From assembly GCA_951406725.2 (NCBI GenBank), contig OX597829.1:2294001-2358000 (forward strand): a DNA stretch of 64,000 bases, in the 5' to 3' direction. This stretch comes from Octopus vulgaris. Taxonomy: Eukaryota. The position numbers were made by a program, and so were the translations under genes. The notes beneath the pieces are model-generated. The model saw nothing but the letters and a program-made list of their open reading frames with translations. It had not been told where the DNA came from and did not search any database. Of this stretch, positions 55,489 through 64,000 are shown piece by piece (within the stretch, counting starts at the first letter, position 1; each line of letters opens with the position of its first letter).

Positions 55489-55990
55489 TAGAAAAAATCA
55501 CCTTTTATCAATTCAAAATGAACAATTAAATTACACCATATAGAAAATTACATATAATAGAAATATTAAAAATAAAATAACAATAATATAGCGATGATTA
55601 AATAAATTGCAAAATAATAATAAAAACGTATATATTTGGTAGAATAACGGCACGTGTTTCGTGGCTATATTTAAGAAATGATTACAGTAAAAAAGGAATA
55701 ATATCCCCTCAAATAATTATTATATATATATACATATATATACATATACATATATATATGTATATATATATATATGATTCAAAATGTGACCGCGTGTGTA
55801 CCACTGGTGATTTTTTTTCCTCCGTCTTCCCTTCTCTGGATCTTTCCTTTTCCTATGTTTCTGACAAAGAGCTCCACTTGATACGTAGAACCCTCCTTCT
55901 TCCCTTCCTTCCTGAGCATCCAATAACACTATATTTGTTTCACGTCCTCGCATTGTTGTATTTTCTCTTTGTGTTTTCATGTTTGGATTA

Positions 55991-56063
<73 letters not shown>

Positions 56064-57046
56064 TGGAATTGTGTTTGTATGAATAAGACTTACAAATTTA
56101 CTTGTTTGTGCAATAAATGAAACCTGGTTACAAAGTGAATCGAGTTCTATATTTAAGAGATGAGGAATTATGTACATTCTTTACATTATTTACACTTGAC
56201 AGATATTTATCCTCATCTTGTTTGTTGTCAACAAAATGAGGACAAATATCCGTCAAATGTAAATAATGTACTGAATTGAGTGTAGTGGATTCCACTCAGG
56301 CAAACTGCATATCACGGCATGTTGTATAAATTTGCCAAACTATTGTAATCTCTACAGCATGAAGCTATTAATATTTTCAAAAGAACTGAAAGCACATCTA
56401 TAAAAGCAAAAGCCAAACACATTTTGTGAAATCTCTTCCCAAAGGTTAATGTCTTTCAACTTTCTAAAAAGGTTCTTTTCTCAATCTTAACTCATTGAGA
56501 AAAAATCTTCTCTCCAGATATTATAGCTGTATCAAGGAATTTCCAAAACACTCCAAATATATAGATATACATTATATCATTATATATATATATATATTAT
56601 TATCATCGTTTAACGTCCGTTTTCCGTGCTAGCACAGGTTGGACGATTCGACCAAGGTCTGGGAAGCCAGGAGGCTGCACCAGGCTCCAGTCTGATCTGG
56701 CAGTGTTTCTACAGCTGGATACCCTTCCTAATGCCAACCTCTCCGTGAGTGTAGTGGGTGCTTTTTACGTGCCACCAGCACAGGTGCCAGGGGAGGCTGG
56801 CAGCAGTCATGATTGGTTGGTACTTTTTACATGCCACCGGCACAGAAGCCAGTCAAGGTGGCGCTGGCATCGGCCACATTCGGATGGTGCTTTTTACGTG
56901 CTACCAGCACAGGCATCACAACTACTATTTCCATTTGATATTTATTTCGATGTTCATGTACTTGACTCAATAGGTCTCCTCAAGCACAGCAGGTCATGTT
57001 CCACCGGCACAGAAGCCAGTCAAGGCAGCGATGGCACCGGCCACGT

Positions 57047-57080
<34 letters not shown>

Positions 57081-57496
57081 CTCTTTACTCTTAACTCTTT
57101 TACATGTTTCAGTCATTTGAGTGTGGCCATGCTGGAGCACCGCCTTTAGTCGATTGAGCAAATTGACCCCAGGACTTATTCTTTGTGAGCCTAGTACTTC
57201 TTCTATTAAGTCTCTTTTGCCAAACCGCTAAGTTACAGGGATGTAAACACACCAGCATCAGTTGTCAAGCGATGTTGGGGGGACAAACACAGACACACAA
57301 ACATATGCACATACATACATATACATATATACAATGGGCTTGTTTCAGTTTCTGTCTACCAAATCCACTCACAAGGCTTTGGTCGTCCCGAGGATATAGT
57401 AGAAGACACTTGCCCAAGGTGCCATGCAGTGGGACTGAACCCGGAACCATGTTGTTCGTAAGCAAGCTACTCACCACACAGCCACTCCTACGCCTA

Positions 57497-57531
<35 letters not shown>

Positions 57532-58183
57532 GTATCATCATCATCATCATTTAACGTACACTTTTCATGCTAGCATGGGTTGGACGGTTTGACTGGGGAC
57601 TGATGAGCCAGATGGCTGCACCAGGTTCCAATCTGATCTGGCAGAGATTCTACAGCTGGATGCCCTTCCTAATGCCAACCACTCTGAGAGTGTAGTGGGT
57701 GCTTTTAAGTGGGCTGGTTACACTATTGGCATCAGCCACGGGTTATGGTATCACATGGCTCACCGGGTCTTCTCAAAGACAGCATATTTCTAAAGATCTC
57801 GGTCACTAGATATTGCATCGGTGAAGCCTAATATTCGAAGATCATAAATACCCAGACACACACACAAAATAGTTTATGTAAACCATTCCAATGGTCTGTT
57901 ACTTTGATGTTTCTAGAGTACTTCACCGCTTCTTCAGACAAGTCACAGTCACAATTAGAAAACCCTAACCCTAACCCTTAAACAAACTACACCACTCTAC
58001 ATTTATATTGAATACTCCTTCTCTGGATCATGACCCAACAAAGGAACGGTTTTCAAAGAAAATTTGTGATATTTGCAATTATATCAACAAGACTATTTTT
58101 TTTATCAGTATCTAAATTGAAATGGAATGAAAGCAAAATGTCAGATGCAGAAAGGATTATAAATTTTATTTTTAATTACTCAC

Positions 58184-58328
58184 TCAGCATGCCGTATGTC
58201 TTTCAAAGACCTCTGTAATGATATTTTATCACTGACAAAAGCATTAAATCCATTGGTTTTATAAAGAGTATCTTTTTGTTTTTCTTCGTTGGGTGTTAAA
58301 ATTACAGCTGCACCCTGTTCGCCAGGAC
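58184..58328 (-). CDS. Internal exon of polypeptide N-acetylgalactosaminyltransferase (GALNT10-like), stem / start of catalytic region
   Basis: Minus strand reads ttatctgtAG|GT CCT GGC GAA...CAT GCT GA|GTgagt. The 145-nt exon translates to (G)PGEQGAAVILTPNEEKQKDTLYKTNGFNAFVSDKISLQRSLKDIRHA(D), containing the GEQG and FN..SD.IS..RSL.D.R ppGalNAc-T motifs. Not present in the ORF track. Confidence 0.93.
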
Positions 58329-58675
58329 CTACAGATAAATAAGACAAATTGATTAGTTTAATTAGAATCGGAACATATCATCAATAAGATTGACATGAAC
58401 ATGTACACACACACAGATACAGATTTAGATAAAATGAACAAACCCATTCTTTTAAAAATTATACGCACCACAAGTGATTTATGTTAAGCATTTGTAGGTT
58501 AGTGGAAGGGAAAATAAGAAAATAAACGATTATAACATATACATACACCTCTATGTGAGTGTGAAGATAAAAAGAAAAAAATTACAGTAAGGCAGACATC
58601 ATAAGAGTAAGGGTGGAAGTGATGTATGTATGTGTGTGTGTGTGTGTGTGTATGTGTGTGTGTATGTATGTGTGT

Positions 58676-58709
<34 letters not shown>

Positions 58710-58714
58710 ATGTT

Positions 58715-59925
<1,211 letters not shown>

Positions 59926-61500
59926 TTCCATCTCAGTAGAACTGAGACCCTGTCAAGAATTCTTCAGCAACTCATCTTCTGACACCCACTCTTCCATCAA
60001 TCTTCTAACATCATCACCACTGCCGCCGCCACCACCACCACCATCGTTTAACATCCGTTTTCCGTGCTAGCATGGGTTGGACGGTTCGACCAGGGTCTGG
60101 GAGGCTGCACCAGGCTCCAGTCTGATCTGGCAGTGTTTCTACAGCTGGATGCCCTTCCTAACGCCAATCACTCGGTGAGTGTACTGGGTGCTTTTTACGT
60201 GCCTCCGGCACAGGTGCCAGGGGAGGCTGGCAACGGCCACGATCGGTTGGTGTTTTTTACATGCCACCGGCACAGAAGCCAGTCAAGGTGGCACTGGCAT
60301 CGGCCACGTACGGATGGTGCATTTTACATGCCACCAGCACAGGTATCACAACTACAATTTCCATTTGATTTTTGATGTTGATGGTGATGTACTTGACTGA
60401 ATAGGTCTCCTCAAGCATGGTGCTTCTTACGTGCATGTTACCCTATATTCTTCACTTCACCCTACACTTAACCAATATCTTCCGCATCCAACTCATTCCC
60501 TATCTCTGATAATCTGTCACATTATTTTCACTCAGTGCCCCACTTATCTACACATTCACCCTTTCTACTCTTCTTTCTATTCTGTCTCACATTCACTCTC
60601 TCTCTCTCTCTTTTTTCCCTCACTTTCAAGGAGGACAAGCCATGTATGTATTCACCTCTTCAGTAAGACACTTGCGCCACTCCCTGTATCTTAGTTTCTC
60701 CAGTTTATGCCTCTCACTCATTTGAGGAGTCAAGTCTTGCAGATACTTAGTGACCTCACTTGTGCTGGAGCCATGTACAAAGCAACCAGTACACTTTGTT
60801 AAGTGGTTGGTATTAGAAATGGCATCCAGCTGTAAAAACCATGCCAATGGAGACAAGGAACCGGGCAGTTGCCTCTGGCTTGTCTGTTCTCGTCAGATTA
60901 TCCAATCCATGTCAGCATAGAAAAAGGGACATTAACTGATGACAATAATATATAATTCTCCATTCTCATTTTCAATGTCATATATATATATCATCATCAT
61001 CATCATCATTTAAATGTCCGCTTTCCATGCTGGCATGGGTTGGAAGATTTGACTGAGGACTGGTGAACCAGATGGCTGCACCAGGCTCTAATCTGATCTG
61101 GCTGAATTTCGTCAGCTGGATGCCCTTCCTAATGCCAACCATTCTGAGAGTGTAGTGGGCGCTTTTACATGCCACCGGCATGGGGGCCAGTTAGCTGCTC
61201 TGTCACAAGTCCAGGCAAGGTTGCTTATGGAAGACCAGCAGTCACCCATGCATACCAGCCTCCCGTCACCACGTCACCAATCTTATCCAAGGGAAAGGCA
61301 AAGCCATGTACAGCTTGGCACCAGTGACATAACAACTCGTTTCTACAGATGAGTGAACTGGAACAATGTGAAATAAAGTGTCTTGCTCAAGAACACAATA
61401 CACAGCCTGATCAGAGACCAAATTCACTATCTCAGGATCATGAGCCCGACGCTCGAACCACTAAGCCATGCACTTTCATGTACACACACACACACACGCG

Positions 61501-61609
<109 letters not shown>

Positions 61610-62445
61610 ACAGAAAGAGTCAGAGAGAGGGAGAGAGAATTAGAGATATATCTGCACAGGTTTTCAGAAGGTCTAATAATCCTATTATATTTGTTTTGTT
61701 TTTGATATTTGTTTCTTTTTGTTGATTATATTAATTAATTAAAACTTGTAAGAAATCAATGATTGCAAGAAGGAGTAAAAAGGAAATATGAAGAGTAGCA
61801 AAAAAGAGAAGTGTTTCTTTGACTTGCAATGTTTAGCTTAATTACACACATCTAAATATATCTTCTAACACATTGAGGTCTTATCCAGGAAGACATCATC
61901 TCTTATCTTCTTAATACAGAACTGGTGGATAAATTCTATACCACCTCTACTATGGCCTGGCTTATTTGATCCATTTGTCTCTTTTCCTCTGGTCACTTAT
62001 ATATATTTCTTTACTACCCACAAGGGGCTAAACATAGAGGGGACAAACAAGGACAGACAAAGGGATTAAGTCGATTACATCGACCCCAGTGCAAAACTGG
62101 TACTTTATTTATAGACCTCGAAAGGATGAAAGGCAAAGTCGACCTTGGCGGAATTTGAACTCAGAACGTAACAACAGATGAAATACCGCTAAGCATTTCA
62201 CCCAGTGCGCTAACATTTCTGCCAACTCGTTGCCTATGGCACTTACATAGTGTCACTTACACTTCAGGTGCAACACTGACCACCATTTCCACATACACAC
62301 CCACGTCCTTCTTCCTCACAGAGTTATTTCCATCCCAGTTTTTTTATTGCAGTATTGGTAATGGCTGGTCTCAAAGACTTTGCAAAGACTATGCTTATAG
62401 CCCATTAAAGTAAAATAAAACTAAAAAAATTTAAAATTAAGTATG

Positions 62446-62492
<47 letters not shown>

Positions 62493-62887
62493 CCGAGGGA
62501 TTAAAATTAATCAAAGGACATACTAAGTGTGTCTACCTGCTTGAAATAACAGTCAAAGCTCTTATTAAATCGCCAAAAATACACTGATGAAAACTACAGA
62601 AATCAAACGAAGGCAAAATCAGGTTAAGACAATCTACTAACATACATTTAAGTATTTGGACTCACGCGAACCGGTAAAATACACCTTAGATTCTTCAGCA
62701 TGCGTTACCATTATTAGAGACTCCCAAACCATCGTTTTGAAGTCTGTGCCGCTACTGATTCGTTTTGCGCTGAATTCCCAGCAGCCCCCAGTGTAAAACA
62801 ATCTCGATACAATTAACGAGAAAAATAATTCACCAAAAATTAATTTACGATGGTGTCATTAATTCTATTATCATCCAATGTAACTAT

Positions 62888-62916
<29 letters not shown>

Positions 62917-62918
<2 letters not shown>

Positions 62919-63340
62919 CGTGGCCGATGCCAGCGCCGCCCCGACTGGCTCCTGTGCCGGTGGCACATAAAAAGCACCATCCGAACGTGGCCGATGCCAG
63001 CGCCGCTCCGACTGGCTTCTGTGCCGGTGGCACATAAAAAGCACCATCCGAACGTGGCCGTTGCCAGCGCCGTCTTAGCTGGCTTCCGTGCCGGTGGCAC
63101 GTTAAAAGCTCCAACCGATCGTGGCCGATGCCGGACCCCCTGGCACCTGTGCAGGTGGCACGTAAAAAGCACCCACTACACTCGCGGAGTGGTTGGCGTT
63201 AGGAAGGGCATCCAGCTGTAGAAACTCTGCCAGATCAGACTGGAGCCTGGTGCAGCCCCTGGCTTCCCAAACCCCGGTCGAACCGTCCAACCCGAGCTAG
63301 CGCGGAAAACGGATGTTAAACGATGATGATGATGATGATG
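62917..63340 (+). mobile_element. Repeat family C = RTE 3'-UTR-derived element with ~60-bp tandem units and (TGA)n tail (others at about 4757-5210, 6285-6647, 31542-31945, 37066-37393, 46045-46280, 51572-51895, 56600-57045, 60040-60420)
   Basis: Repeating gtgccggtggcacataaaaagcaccatccgaacgtggccgatgccag units, then gttggcgttaggaagggcatccagctgtagaaac...ggacgttaaacgatgatg. The same sequence follows the RTE ORF at 28140-28730. Confidence 0.85.
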
Positions 63341-63601
63341 ATATATATACATATATATACATATATATACATATATATATATATATACATATATATACAT
63401 ATATATGCATATATATACATTTGGCAGTGGCTATGCTGGAGCACCACCTTTAGTTGAGCAAATCGACCCCAGGACTTATTTTATCAGTCTCTTTTGCCAA
63501 ACCACTAAGTTACGGGGATGTAAACACACCAGCATCGGTTGTCAAGCAATGTTGGGAGGACAAACACAGACATACAAACATACACATACACATACACACA
63601 C

Positions 63602-63646
<45 letters not shown>

Positions 63647-64000
63647 TACGATGGGCTTCCACTCACAAGGCTTTGGTCGGCCAGAGGCTATGGTAGAAGA
63701 CACTTGCCCAAGGTGCCACGCAGTGGGACTGAACCCAGAACCATGTGGTTGGTAAGCAAGCTACTTACTACACAGCCACCTCTACACCTACGCTTTTTCT
63801 TATAATTTTTTCTTCAAAATTCCACATCCCCAACATAAATAGACTACCCTCAATTTGCCTAGGATTTGGCTTGAGCCAGTGAAAATACATGACACACACC
63901 CAGCTGGAAAAAAATCAATACTTTACTTTGTCAGCTGTGGTGAGCTCTTATCGACTGCTTGCACTGTACTGCCAGCAGTATTCATTAGCGAGTTATGATT

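Larger units (their letters stand above)
40390..58183 (-). other. 17.8-kb phase-2 GT-AG intron between the two GALNT exons
   Basis: Canonical donor at 58183 and acceptor at 40390; the join keeps the reading frame. Confidence 0.85.

Noticed and set aside
57598-57622. CUGAUGA-GCC(AGAU)GGC resembling a hammerhead 5' half
   Set aside because: No GAAA follows; it is a chance variant of repeat family C (other copies read ctggtgaacc or ctgggaagcc).
57961-57980. Telomere or chromosome-fusion site
   Set aside because: Only about 3 CCCTAA units inside an intron, which is too short to support this.

Overview
AT-rich, microsatellite- and SINE-dense animal DNA. The repeat families and gene sequence suggest a coleoid cephalopod such as Octopus (inferred, not searched). 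The only host coding sequence I can support is two consecutive minus-strand exons (58328-58184 and 40389-40223) of a polypeptide N-acetylgalactosaminyltransferase (GALNT10-like). They splice in frame across a 17.8-kb intron, and I found no further exon in 1-40222, so the rest of the window appears intronic. The introns contain three abundant SINE or LINE-tail families, RTE and Tx1/L1 LINE fragments, a full-length but broken Tc1 with DD36E spacing, a mariner-like relic and several MITE/foldback elements. Nearly all ORFs in the supplied track are microsatellite or repeat artefacts. Main hunt results: (1) at least four unrelated short repeat families carry minimal type-I hammerhead-ribozyme-like motifs of the Penelope/retrozyme type, two with intact cores on the pre-mRNA strand; (2) two dispersed fragments are circular permutations of one ~460-bp unit; (3) a near-perfect 651-bp local duplication; (4) several intronic inverted repeats that could form dsRNA. 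All alignments were done by eye, so repeat coordinates are approximate.
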